From the NCBI RefSeq assembly GCF_009914755.1, contig NC_060938.1: DNA of 64,000 nucleotides; one strand, given 5' to 3'. Made by a program: the position numbers and the translations under genes. The notes beneath the pieces are model-generated. The model was not told where the DNA came from. It made no database searches and worked only from the letters and a program-made list of their open reading frames with translations. The stretch is from the human T2T-CHM13v2.0 reference genome, Homo sapiens. This document shows, piece by piece, positions 11,819-25,985 of the stretch. Each line of letters begins with the position of its first letter. Position 1 is the stretch's first letter.

Positions 11819-13779
11819 TCGAGATTTTATATGAAGATATTCCCGTTTCCAACGAAATCCTGAAATCTATCCAAATATCCCCTCGCAGATTCTACAAAAA
11901 GAGTGTTTCAAAACTGCTCTGTAAAAAGAAAGGTTCAACTCTGTTATTTGAGTACACACATCACAAACAAGTTTCACAGAATGCTTCTTTCTAGCTTGTA
12001 GGGGAAGATATTCCCTTTATCACCATGGGCCTCAAACCGTCCGAAACGTCCACTTCCATATACTACAAAAAGAGCGTTTCAAACCTGCTGTATGAAAGGC
12101 AATGTTCAACTCTGTGACTTGAATGCAGACATCACAGAGCAGTTTCTGAGAATGCTTCTGTCTAGATTTTATAGGAAGATATTCCCGTTTCCAACGAAAT
12201 CTTCACAGCTATCCAAATATCCACTTGCAGATTCTACAAAAAGAGTGTATCAAAACTGCTCTGTCAAAAGGAAGGTTCTTCTCTGTTAGTTGAGTACATA
12301 CGTCATAAAGGAGTTTCTGAGAATGTTTCTGTCTAGTGGTTATGGGAAGATATTTGCTTTTTCACCGTAGGCCTCAGAGCGCTCCAAATATCCACTTGCA
12401 CATACTACAAAAAGAGTGCTTCAAAGCTGCTCTCTGAAAGGGAATGTTCAACTCTATGAGTTGAATGCAAACATCACAAAGACGTTTCTGAGAATGCTTC
12501 TGTCTTGATTTGATATGAAGATATTCCCGTTTCCAACGAAATCTTCAAATCTATCCAAATGTCCACTTGCAGATTCAACAAAAAGTGTTTTTCAGAACTG
12601 CTCTATCAAAAGAAAGATCCACCTCTGTTAGCTGAGTTCCCACATCACAAACAAGTTTATGAGAATGCTTCTGTCTAGTTTTTATTTGAAGATATTTCCT
12701 TTCTCACCATAGACCTGAAAGCTGTCCTAGTGTTCACTTCCAGATACTACAGAAAGAGTGTTTCAAAACTGATGTACGAAAGGGAATGTTCAACTCTGTG
12801 ACTTGAATGCACACATCACAAAGTAGTTTCTGAGGATGCTGCTGTCTACTTTTTATACGTAATCCCGTTTCCAACGAAATCCTCCAAGCTATCCAAATAT
12901 CCACTTGCAGATTCCACAGAAAGACTGTTTCAAAACTGCTCTGTCAATAGAAAGGTTCAACTCTGTTAGCTGCGTGCATATATCCCAAAGAAGATTCTGA
13001 GATTGCTTCTGTCTAGTTTTTATGGGAAGATATTTACCTTTTCACCGTAGGCGTCAAGGCTCTCCAAATGTCCACTTCCAGATACTACAAAAAGAGTGTT
13101 TCAAACCTACTCTGTGGATGGGAATATTCAACTCTGTGACTTGAATGCACATATCACAAAGAAGTTTCTGAGAATGCTTCTGTCGAGATTTTATATGAAG
13201 ATATTCCCGTTTCCAACAAAATCCTGAAATCTATCCAAATATCCCCTCGCAGATTCTACAAAAAGAGTGTTTCAAAACTGCTCTGTAAAAAGAATGGTTC
13301 AACTCTGTTAGTTGAGTACACACATCACAAACAAGTTTCACAGAATGCTTCTTTCTAGCTTGTAGGGGAAGATATTCCCTTTATCACCATGGGCCTCAAA
13401 CCGTCCGAAACGTCCACTTCCATATACTACAAAAGGAGCGTTTCAAACCTGCTCTATGAAAGGCAATGTTCAACTCCGTGACTTGAATGCAGACATCACA
13501 GAGCAGTTTCTGAGAATGCTTCTGTCTAGATTTTATAGGAAGATATTCCCGTTTCCAGCGAAATCTTCACAGATATCCAAATATCCACTTGCAGATTCTA
13601 CAAAAAGAGTGTATCAAAACTGCTCTGTCAAAAGGAAAGTTCTTCTCTGCTAGTTGAGTACATACGTCATAAAGAAGTTTCTGAGAATGTTTCTGTCTAG
13701 TGGTTATGGGAAGATATTTGCTTTTTCCCCGTAGGCCTCAAAGCGCTCCAAATGTCCACTTGCACATACTTAAAAAGAG

Positions 13780-16700
13780 TGCTTCAAAGCTGCTCTCTGA
13801 AAGGGAATGTTCAACTCTATGAGTTGAATGCAAACATCACAAAGACGTTTCTGAGAATGCTTCTGTCTAGATTTGATATGAAGATATTCCCGTTTCCAAC
13901 GAAATCTTCAAATCTATCCAAATGTCCACTTGCAGATTCAACAAAGTGTTTTTCAAAACTGCTGTATCAAAAGAAAGATCCACCTCTGTTAGCTGAGTTC
14001 ACACTTCACAAACAAGTTTATCAGAAAGCTTCTGTCTAGTTTTTATTTGAAGATATATCCTTTCCAACTATAGACATGAAAGCTCTCCTAAAATTCACTT
14101 CCAGATACTACAGAAAGAGTGTTTCAAAACTGCTGTATGAAAGGGAATGTTCAACTCTGTGACTTGAATGCACACATCACAAAGAAGTTTCTGAGGATGC
14201 TGCTGTCTACTTTTTATACGTAATCGCGTTTCCAACGAAATCCTCCAAGCTATCCAAATATCCACTTGCAGATTCCACAGAAAGACTGTTTCAAAACTGC
14301 TCTGTCAATAGAAAGGTTCAACTCTGCTAGCTACGTGCATATATCCCAAAGAAGATTCTGAGATTGCTTCTGTCTAGTTTTTATGGGAAGATATTTCCCT
14401 TTTCACCGTAGGCGTGAAGGCGCTCCAAATGTCCACTTCCAGATACTACAAAAAGAGTGTTTCAAACCTACTATGTGAAAGGGAATATTCAACTCTGTGA
14501 CTTCAATGCAGATATCACAAAGAAGTTTCTGAGAAGGCTTCTGCCGAGATTTTCAAAGAAGATATTCCCGTTTCCAAGGAAATCCTGATATCTATCCAAA
14601 TATCCCCACGCAGATTCTACAAAAAGAGTGTTTCAAAACTGCTCTGTAAAAAGAAAGGTTCAACTCTGTTAGTTGAGTACACACATCACAAACAAGTTTC
14701 ACAGAATGCTTCTTTCTAGCTGGTAGGGGAAGATATTCCCTTTATCACCATGGGCCTCAAACCGTCCGAAACGTCCACTTCCATATACTACAAAAAGAGC
14801 GTTTCAAACCTGCTCTATGAAAGGCAATGTTCAACTCTGTGACTTGAATGCACACATCACAGAGCAGTTTCTGAGAATGCTTCTGTCTAGATTTTATAGG
14901 AAGATATTCCCGTTTCCAACGAAATCTTCACAGCTATCCAAATATCCACTTGCAGATTCTACAAAAAGAGTGTATCAAAACTGCTCTGTCAAAAGGAAGG
15001 TTCTTCTCTGTTAGTTGAGTACATACGTCATAAAGGAGTTTCTGAGAATGTTTCTGTCTAGTGGTTAAGGGAAGATATTTGCTTTTTCACCGTAGGCCTC
15101 AGAGCGCTCCAAATATCCACTTGCACATACTACAAAAAGAGTGCTTCAAAGCTGCTCTCTGAAACGGAATGTTCAACTCTATGAGTTGAATGCAAACATC
15201 ACAAAGACGTTTCTGAGACTGCTTCTGTCTAGATTTGATATGAAGATATTCCCGTTTCCAACGAAATCTTCAAATCTATCCAAATGTCCACTTGCAGATT
15301 CAACAAAAAGTGTTTTTCAGAACTGCTCTATCAAAAGAAAGATCCACCTCTGTTAGCTGAGTTCACACATCACAAACAAGTTTATGAGAACGCTTCTGTC
15401 TAGTTTTTATTTGAAGATATTTCCTTTCTCACCATAGACCTGAAAGCTGTCCTAATGTTCACTTCCAGATACTACAGAAAGAGTGTTTCAAAACTGCTGT
15501 ACGAAAGGGAATGTTCAACTCTGTGACTTGAATGCACACATCACAAAGAAGTTTCTGAGGATGCTGCTGTCTACTTTTTATACGTAATCCCGTTTCCAAC
15601 GAAATCCTCCAAGCTATCTAAATATCCACTTGCAGATTCCACAGAAAGACTGTTTCAAAACTGCTCTGTCAATAGAAAGGTTCAACTCTGTTAGCTGCGT
15701 GCATATATCCCAAAGAAGATTCTGAGATTGCTTCTGTCTAGTTTTTATGGGAAGATATTTCCCTTTTCACCGTAGGCGTCAAGGCGCTCCAAATGTCCAC
15801 TTCCAGATACTACAAAAAGAGTGTTTCAAACCTACTCTGTGGAAGGGAATATTCAACTCTGTGACTTGAATGCACATATCACAAAGAAGTTTCTGAGAAT
15901 GCTTCTGTCGAGATTTTATATGAAGATATTCCCGTTTCCAACAAAATCCTGAAATCTATCCAAATATCCCCTCGCAGATTCTACAAAAAGAGTGTTTCAA
16001 AACTGCTCTGTAAAAAGAATGGTTCAACTCTGTTAGTTGAGTACACACATCACAAACAAGTTTCACAGAATGCTTCTTTCTAGCTTGTAGGGGAAGATAT
16101 TCCCTTTATCACCATGGGCCTCAAACCGTCCGAAACGTCCACTTCCATATACTACAAAAGGAGCGTTTCAAACCTGCTCTATGAAAGGCAATGTTCAACT
16201 CCGTGACTTGAATGCAGACATCACAGAGCAGTTTCTGAGAATGCTTCTGTCTAGATTTTATAGGAAGATATTCCCGTTTCCAGCGAAATCTTCACAGATA
16301 TCCAAATATCCACTTGCAGATTCTACAAAAAGAGTGTATCAAAACTGCTCTGTCAAAAGGAAAGTTCTTCTCTGCTAGTTGAGTACATACGTCATAAAGA
16401 AGTTTCTGAGAATGTTTCTGTCTAGGGGTTATGGGAAGATATTTACTTTTTCCCCGTAGGCCTCAAAGCGCTCCAAATGTCCACTTGCACATACTTAAAA
16501 AGAGTGCTTCAAAGCTGCTCTCTGAAAGGGAATGTTCAACTCTATGAGTTGAATGCAAACATCACAAAGACGTTTCTGAGAATGCTTCTGTCTAGATTTG
16601 ATATGAAGATATTCCCGTTTCCAACGAAATCTTCAAATCTATCCAAATGTCCACTTGCAGATTCAACAAAGTGTTTTTCAAAACTGCTGTATCAAAAGAA

Positions 16701-19700
16701 AGATCCACCTCTGTTAGTTGAGTTCACACTTAACAAACAAGTTTATCAGAATTCTTCTGTCTAGTTTTTATTTGAAGATATATCCTTTCTCACTATAGAC
16801 CTGAAAGCTGTCCTAATGTTCACTTCCAGATACTACAGAGTGTTTCAAAACTGCTGTATGAAAGGGAATGTTCAACTCTGTGACTTGAATGCACACATCA
16901 CAAAGAAGTTTCTGAGGATGCTGCTGTCTAATTTTTATACGTAATCCCGTTTCCAATGAAATCCTCCAAGCTATCCAAATATCCACTTGCAGATTCCACA
17001 GAAAGACTGTTTCAAAACTGCTCTGTCAATAGAAAGGTTCAACTCTGTTAGCTGCGTGCAAATATCCCAAAGAAGATTCTGAGATTGCTTCTGTCTAGTT
17101 TTTATGGGAAGATATTTCCCTTTTCACCGTAGGTGTCAAGGCGCTCCAAATGTCCACTTCCAGATACTACAAAAAGAGTGTTTCAAACCTACTCTGTGAA
17201 AGGGAATATTCAACTCTGTGACTTGAATGCACATATCACAAAGAAGTTTCTGAGAATGCTTCTGTCGAGATTTTATATGAAGATATTCCCGTTTCCAACG
17301 AAATCCTGAAATCTATCCAAATATCCCCTCGCAGATTCTACAAAAAGAGTGTTTCAAAACTGCTCTGTAAAAAGAAAGGTTCAACTCTGTTAGTTGAGTA
17401 CACACATCACAAACAAGTTTCACAGAATGCTTCTTTCTAGCTTGTAGGGGAAGATATTTCCTTTATCACCATGGGCCTCAAACCGTCCGAAACGTCCACT
17501 TCCATATACTAAAAAAAGAGTGCTTGAAACCTGCTCTATGAAAGGCAATGTTCAACTCTGTGACATGAAAGCAAACATCACAGAGCAGTTTCTGAGAATG
17601 CTTCTGTCCGGACTTTATAGGAAGATATTCCCGATTCCAACGAAATCTTCACATCTATCCAAATATCCACTTGCTGATACTACAAAAAGAGTGTATCAAA
17701 AATGCTCTGTCAAGAGGACAGTTCTTCTCTGCTAGTTCAGTACATACGTCATAAAGAAGTTTCTGAGAATGTTTCTGTCTAGTGGTTATGGGAAGATATT
17801 TGCTTTTTCCCCGTAGGCCTCAGAGAGCTCCAAATATCCAGTTGCACATACTACAAAAAGAGTGCTTCAAAGCTGCTCTCTGAAACGGAATGTTCAACTC
17901 TATGAGTTGAATGCAAACATCACAAAGACGTTTCTGAGAATGCTTCTGTCTAGATTTGATATGAAGATATTCCCGTTTCCAACGAAATCTTCAAATCTAT
18001 CCAAATGTCCACTTGCAGATTCAACAAAAAGTGTTTTTCAGAACTGCTCTATCAAAAGAAAGATCCACCTCTGTTAGCTGAGTTCACACATCACAAACAA
18101 GTTTATGAGAATGCTTCTGTCTAGTTTTTATTGGAAGATATTTCCTTTCTCACCATAGACCTGAAAGCTGTCCTAATGTTCACTTCCAGATACTACAGAA
18201 AGAGTGTTTCAAAACTGCTGTACGAAAGGGAATGTTCAACTCTGTGACTTGAATGCACACATCACAAAGAAGTTTCTGAGGATGCTGCTGTCTACTTTTT
18301 ATACGTAATCCCGTTTCCAACGAAATCCTCCATGCTATCCAAATATCCACTTGCAGATTCCACAGAAAGACTGTTTCAAAACTGCTCTGTCAATAGAAAG
18401 GTTCAACTCTGTTAGCTGTGTGCATATATCTCAAAGAAAATTCTGAGATTGCTTCTGTCTAGTTTTTATGGGAAGATATTTCCCTTTTCACCGTAGGCGT
18501 CAAGGCGCTCCAAATGTCCACTTCCAGATACTACAAAAAGAGTGTTTCAAACCTACTCTGTGAAAGGGAATATTCAACTCTGTTACTTGAATGCAGATAT
18601 CACAAAGAAGTTTCTGAGAATGCTTCTGTCGAAATTTTATATGAAGATATTCCCGTTTCCAACGAAATCCTGAAATCTATCCAAATATCCCCTCGCAGAT
18701 TCTACAAAAAGAGTGTTTCAAAACTGCTCTGTAAAAAGAAAGGTTCAACTCTGTTAGTTGAGTACACACATCACAAACAAGTTTCACAGAATGCTTCTTT
18801 CTACCTGGTAGGGGAAGATATTCCCTTTATCACCATGGGCCTCAAACCGTCCGAAACGTCCACTTCCATATACTACAAAAAGAGCGTTTCAAACCTGCTC
18901 TATGAAAGGCAATGTTCAACTCTGTGACTTGAATGCAGACATCACAGAGCAGTTTCTGAGAATGCTTCCGTCTAGATTTTATAGGAAGATATTCCCCTTT
19001 CCAACGAAATCTTCACAGCTATCCAAATATCCACTTGCAGATTCTACAAAAAGAGTGTATCAAAACTGCTCTGTCAAAAGGAAGGTTCTTCTCTGTTAGG
19101 TGAGTGCATACGTCATAAAGGAGTTTCTGAGAATGTTTCTGTCTAGTGGTTATGGGAAGATATTTGCTTTTTCACCATAGGCCTCAGAGCGCTCCAAATA
19201 TCCACTTGCACATACTACAAAAAGAGTGCTTCAAAGCTGCTCTCTGAACGGGAATGTTCAACTCTATGAGTTGAATGCTAACATCACAAAGACGTTTCTG
19301 AGAATGCTTCTGTCTAGATTTGATATGAAGATATTCCCGTTTCCAACGAAATCTTCAAATCTATCCAAATGTGCACTTGCAGATTCAACAAAAAGTGTTT
19401 TTCAGAACTGCTCTATCAAAAGAAAGATCCACCTCTGTTAGCTGAGTTCACACATCACAAACAAGTTTATGAGAATGCTTCTGTCTAGTTTTTATTTGAA
19501 GATATTTCCTTTCTCACCATAGACCTGAAAGCTGTCCTAATGTTCACTTCCAGATACTACAGAAAGAGTGTTTCAAAACTGCTGTACGAAAGGGAATGTT
19601 CAACTCTGTGACTTGAATGCACACATCACAAAGAAGTTTCTGAGGATGCTGCTGTCTACTTTTTATACGTAATCCCGTTTCCAACGAAATCCTCCAAGCT

Positions 19701-22700
19701 ATCCAAATATCCACTTGCAGATTCCACAGAAAGACTGTTTCAAAACTGCTCTGTCAATAGAAAAGTTCAACTCTGTTAGCTGTGTCCATATATCCCAAAG
19801 AAGATTCTGAGACTGCTTCTGTCTAGTTTTTATGGGAAGATATTTCCCTTTTCACCGTAGGCGTCAAGGCGATCCAAATGTCCACTTCCAGATACTACAA
19901 AAAGATTGTTTCAAACTTACTCTGTGAAAGGGAATATTCAACTCTGTGACTTGAATGCCGATATCACAAAGAAGTTTCTGAGAATGCTTCTGTCGAGATT
20001 TTATATGAAGATATTCCCATTCCCAACGAAATCTTGAAATCTATCCAAATACCCCTCGCAGATTCTACAAAAAGAGTGTTTCAAAACTGCTCTGTAAAAG
20101 AAAGGTTCAACTCTATTAGTTGAGTACACACATCACAAACAAGTTTCACAGAATGCTTCTTTCTAGCTTGTAGGGGAAGATATTTCCTTTATCACCATGG
20201 GCCTTAAACCGTCCGAAACGTCCACTTCCATATACTAAAAAAAGAGTGTTTGAAACCTGCTCTATGAAAGGCAATGTTCAACTCTGTGACTTGAATGCAG
20301 ACATCACAGAGCAGTTTCTGAGAATGCTTCTGTCCAGACTTTATAGGAAGATATTCCCGATTCCAACGAAATCTTCACAGCTATCCAAATATCCACTTGC
20401 AGATACTACAAAAAGAGTGTATCAAAAAAGCTCTGTCAAAAGGAAAGTTCTTTTCTGCTAGTTGAGTACATACGTCATAAAGAAGTTTCTGAGAATGTTT
20501 CTGTCTAGTTGTTATGGGAAGATATTTGCTTTTTCCCCGTAGGCCTCAGAGCGTTCCAAATGTCCACTTGAACATACTACAAAAAGAGTGCTTCAAAGCT
20601 GCTCTCTGAAAGGGAATGTTCAACTCTATGAGTTCAATGCAAACATCACAAAGACGTTTCTGAGAATGCTTCTGTCTAGATTTGTTATGAAGATATACCC
20701 GTTTCCAACGAAATCTTCAAATCTATGCAAATGTCCACTTGCAGATTCAACAAAGTGTTTTTCAAAACTGCTGTATCAAAAGAAAGATCCACCTGTGTTA
20801 GCTGAGTTCACACTTCACAAACAAGTTTATCAGAATTCTTCTGTCTAGTTTTTATTTGAAGATATTTCCTTTCTCACCATAGACCTGAAAGCTCTCCTAA
20901 TGTTCACTTCCAGACACTACAGAAAGAGTGTTTCAAAACTGCTGTATGAAAGGGAATGTTCAACTCTGTGACTTGAATGCACACATCACAAAGAAGTTTC
21001 TGAGGATGCTGCAGTCTACTTTTTATACGTAATCCCGTTTCCAAAGAAAACCTCCAAGCTATCCAAATATCCACTTGCAGATTCCACAGAAAGACTGTTT
21101 CAAAACTGCTCTGTCAATAGAAAGGTTCAACTCTGTTAGCTCCGTGCATATATCCCAAAGAAGATTCTGAGATTGCTTCTGTCTAGTTTTTATGGGAAGA
21201 TATTTCCCTTTTCACCGTAGGCGTCAAGGCGCTCCAAATGTCCACTTCCAGATACTACAAAAAGAGTGTTCCAATCCTACTCTGTGAAAGGGAATATTCA
21301 ACTCTGTGACTTGAATGCAGATATCACAAAGAAGTTTCTGAGAATGCTTCTGTTGAGATTTTATATGAAGATATTCCCGTTTCCAACGAAATCCTGAAAT
21401 CTATCCAAATATCCCCTCGCAGATTCTACAAAAAGAGTGTTTCAAAACTGCTCTGTAAAAAGAAAGGTTCAACTCTGTTAGTTGAGTACACACATCACAA
21501 ACAAGTTTCACAGAATGCTTCTTTCTAGCTTGTAGGGGAAGATATTTCCTTTATCACCATGGTCCTCAAAAGGTCCGAAACGTCCACTTCCATAAACTAA
21601 AAAAAGAGTGTTTGAAACCTGCTCTATGAAAAGCAATGTTCAACTCTGTGACTTGAATGCAGACATCACAGAGCAGTTTCTGAGAATGCTTCTGTCCAGA
21701 CTTTATAGGAAGATATTCCCGTTTCCAACGATATCTTCACAGCTATCCAAATATCCACTTGCAGATACTACAAAAAGAGTGTATCAAAAATGCTCTGTCA
21801 AAAGGAAAGTTCTTCTCTGCTAGTTGAGTACATACGTCATAAAGAAGTTTCTGAGAATGTTTCTGTCTAGTGGTTATGGGAAGATACTTGCTTTTTCCCC
21901 GTAGGCCTCAGAGCGCTCCAAATGTCAACTTGCACATGCTACAAAAAGAGTGCTTCAAAGCTGCTCTCTGAAGCGGAATGTTCAACTCTATGAGTTGAAT
22001 GCAAACATCACAAAGACGTTTCTGAGAATGCTTCTGTCTAGATTTGATATGAAGATATTCCCGTTTCCAACGAAATCTTCAAATCTATCCAAATGTCCAC
22101 TTGCAGATTCAACAAAAAGTGTTTTTCAAAACTGCTATATCAAAAGAAAGATCCACCTCTGTTAGCTGAGTTCACACATCACAAACAAGTTTATGAGAAT
22201 GCTTCTGTCTAGTTTTTATTTGAAGATATTTCCTTTCTCACCATAGACCTGAAAGCTGTCCTAATGTTCACTTCCAGATACTACAGAAAGAGTGTTTCAA
22301 AACTGCTGTACGAAAGGGAATGTTCAACTCTGTGACTTGAATGCACACATCACAAAGAAGTTTCTGAGGATGCTGCTGTCTACTTTTTATATGTAATCCC
22401 GTTTCCAACGAAATCCTCCAAGCTATCCAAATATCCACTTCCAGATTCCACAGAAAGACTGTTTCAGAACTCCTCTGTCAATAGAAAGGTTCAACTCTGT
22501 TAGCTGCGTGCATATATCCCAAAGAAGATTCTGAGATTGCTTCTGTCTGGTTTTTATGGGAAGATATTTCCCTTTTCACCGTAGATGTCAAGGCGCTCCA
22601 AATGTCCACTTCCAGATACTACAAAAAGAGTGTTTCAAACCTACTCTGTGAAAGGGAATATTCAACTCTGTGACTTGAATGCACGTATCACAAAGAAGTT

Positions 22701-25700
22701 TCTGAGAATGCTTCTGTCGAGATTTTATATGAAGATATTCCCGTTTCCAACGAAATGCTGAAATCTATCCAAATATCCCCTCGCAGATTCTACAAAAAGA
22801 GTGTTTCAAAACTGCTCTGTGAAAAGAAAGGTTCATCTCTGTTAGTTGAGTACACACATCACAAACAAGTTTCACAGAATGCTTCTTTCTAGCTTGTAGG
22901 GGAAGATATTCCCTTTATCACCATGGGCCTCAAACCGTCCGAAACGTCCACTTCCATATACTACAAAAAGAGCGTTTCAAACCTGCTCTATGAAAGGCAA
23001 TGTTCAACTCTGTGACTTGAATGCAGACATCACAGAGCAGTTTCTGAGAATGCTTCTGTCTAGATTTTATAGGAAGATATTCCCGTTTCCAACGAAATCT
23101 TCACAGCTATCCAAATATCCACTTGCAGATTCTACAAAAAGAGTGTATCAAAACTGCTCTGTCAAAAGGAAGGTTCTTCTCTGTTAGTTGAGTACATACG
23201 TCATAAAGGAGTTTCTGAGAATGTTTCTGTCTAGTGGTTATGGGAAGATATTTGCTTTTTCCCCGTAGGCCTCAAAGCGCTCCAAATATCCACTTGAACA
23301 TACTACAAAAAGAGTGCTTCAAAGCTGCTCTCCGAAAGGGAATGTTCAACTCTATGAGTTGAATGCAAACATCACAAAGACGTTTCTGAGAATGCTTCTG
23401 TCTAGATTTGATAAGAAGATATTCCCGTTTCCAACGAAATCTTCAAATCTATCCAAATGTCCACTTGCAGATTCAACAAAGTGTTTTTCAAAACTGCTGT
23501 ATCAAAAGAAAGATCCACCTGTGTTAGCTGAGTTCACACTTCACAAACAAGTTTATCAGAATTCTTCTGTCTAGTTTTTATTTGAAGATATATCCTTTCT
23601 CACTATAGACCTGAAAGCCCTCCTAATGTTCACTTCCAGATACTACAGAAAGAGTGTTTCAAAACTGCTGTACGAAAGGGAATGTTCATCTCTGTGACTT
23701 GAATGCACACATCACAAGGAAGTTTCTGAGGATGCTGCTGTCTAATTTTTATACGTAATCCCGTTACCAACGAAATCCTCCAAGCTATCCAAATATCCAC
23801 TTGCAGATTCCACAGAAAGACTGTTTCAAAACTGCTCTGTCAATAGAAAGGTTCAACTCTGTTAGCTGCGTGCATATATCCCAAAGAAGATTCTGAGATT
23901 GCTTCTGTCTAGTTTTTATGGGAAGATATTGCCCTTTTCACCGTAGGCGTCGAGGCGCTCCAAATGTCCACTTCCAGATACTACAAAAAGAGTGTTTCAA
24001 ACCTACTCTGTGAAAGGGAATATTCAACTCTGTGACTTGAATGCACATATCACAAAGAAGTTTCTGAGAATGCTTCTGTCGAGATTTTATATGAAGATAT
24101 TCCCGTTTCCAACGAAATCCTGAAATCTATCCAAATATCCCCTCGCAGATTCTACAAAAAGAGTGTTTCAAAACTGCTCTGTAAAAAGAAAGGTTCAACT
24201 CTGTTAGTTGAGTACACACATCACAAACAAGTTTCACAGAATGCTTCTTTCTAGCTTCTAGGGGAAGATATTTCCTTTATCACCATGGGCCTCAAACCGT
24301 CCGAAACGTCCACTTCCATATACTAAAAAAAGAGTGCTTGAAACCTGCTCTATGAAAGGCAATGTTCAACTCTGTGACATGAAAGCAAACATCACAGAGC
24401 AGTTTCTGAGAATGCTTCTGTCCGGACTTTATAGGAAGATATTCCCGATTCCAACGAAATCTTCACAGCTATCCAAATATCCACTTGCAGATACTACAAA
24501 AAGAGTGTATCAAAAATGCTCTGTCAAGAGGACAGTTCTTCTCTGCTAGTTCAGTACATACGTCATAAAGAAGTTTCTGAGAATGTTTCTGTCTAGTGGT
24601 TATGGGAAGATATTTGCTTTTTCCCCGTAGGCCTCAGAGCGCTCCAAATATCCAGTTGCACATACTACAAAAAGAGTGCTTCAAAGCTGCTCTCTGAAAC
24701 GGAATGTTCAACTCTATGAGTTGAATGCAAACATCACAAAGACGTTTCTGAGAATGCTTCTGTCTAGATTTGATATGAAGATATTCCCGTTTCCAACGAA
24801 ATCTTCAAATCTATCCAAATGTCCACTTGCAGATTCAACAAAAAGTGTTTTTCAGAACTGCTCTATCAAAAGAAAGATCCACCTCTGTTAGCTGAGTTCA
24901 CACATCACAAACAAGTTTATGAGAATGCTTCTGTCTAGTTTTTATTTGAAGATATTTCCTTTCTCACCATAGACCTGAAAGCTGTCCTAATGTTCACTTC
25001 CAGATACTACAGAAAGAGTGTTTCAAAACTGCTGTACGAAAGGGAATGTTCAACTCTGTGACTTGAATGCACACATCAAAAAGAAGTTTCTGAGGATGCT
25101 GCTGTCTACTTTTTATACGTAATCCCGTTTCCAACGAAATCCTCCAAGCTATCCAAATATCCACTTGCAGATTCCACAGAAAGACTGTTTCAAAACTGCT
25201 CTGTCAATAGAAAGGTTCAACTCTGTTAGCTGCGTGCATATATCCCAAAGAAGATTCTGAGATTGCTTCTGTCTAGTTTTTATGGGAAGATATTTCCCTT
25301 TTCACCGTAGGCGTCAAGGCGCTCCAAATGTCCACTTCCAGATACTTCAAAAAGAGTGTTTCAAACCTACTCTGTGAAAGGGAATATTCAAGTCTGTGAC
25401 TTGAATGCACATATCACAAGGAAGTTTCTGAGAATGCTTCTGTCGAGATTTTATATGAAGATATTCCCGTTTCCAACGAAATGCTGAAATGTATCCAAAT
25501 ATCCCCTCGCAGATTCTACAAAAAGAGTGTTTCAAAACTGCTCTGTAAAAAGAAAGGTTCAACTCTGTTAGTTGAGTACACACATCACAAACAAGTTTCA
25601 CAGAATGCTTCTTTCTAGCTTGTAGGGGAAGATATTCCCTTTATCACCATGGGCCTCAAACCGTCCGAAAAGTCCACTTCCATATACTACAAAAAGAGCG

Positions 25701-25985
25701 TTTCAAACCTGCTCTATGAAAGGCAATGTTCAACTCTGTGACTTGAATGCAGACATCACAGAGCAGTTTCTGAGAATGCTTCTGTCTAGATTTTATAGGA
25801 AGATATTCCCGTTTCCAACGAAATCTTCACAGCTATCCAAATATCCACTTGCAGATTCTACAAAAAGAGTGTATCAAAACTGCTCTGTCAAAAGGAAGGT
25901 TCTTTTCTGTTAGGTGAGTGCATACGTCATAAAGGAGTTTCTGAGAATGTTTCTGTCTAGTGGTTATGGGAAGATATTTGCTTTT
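13780..25985. repeat. Copy 1 of a ~12.2-kb (9-HOR) block duplication
   Basis: The order of variant ORFs and SNVs recurs at an exact offset of +27,936 (14817/42753, 17520/45456, 18514/46450, 21608/49544, 25347/53283, 25716/53652). Confidence 0.93.

Noticed and set aside
16826-16850. 4-bp deletion tactacagagtg (also ~39320 and ~44770) as a recurrent hotspot
   Set aside because: The copies share flanking alleles, so this is one slippage event spread by duplication rather than recurrent mutation.
18514-18927. Longest ORF (137 aa), present in three copies
   Set aside because: It arises from SNVs that remove stop codons (tga to tta, tag to tac) inside a duplicated satellite block. It is not a protein-coding gene.
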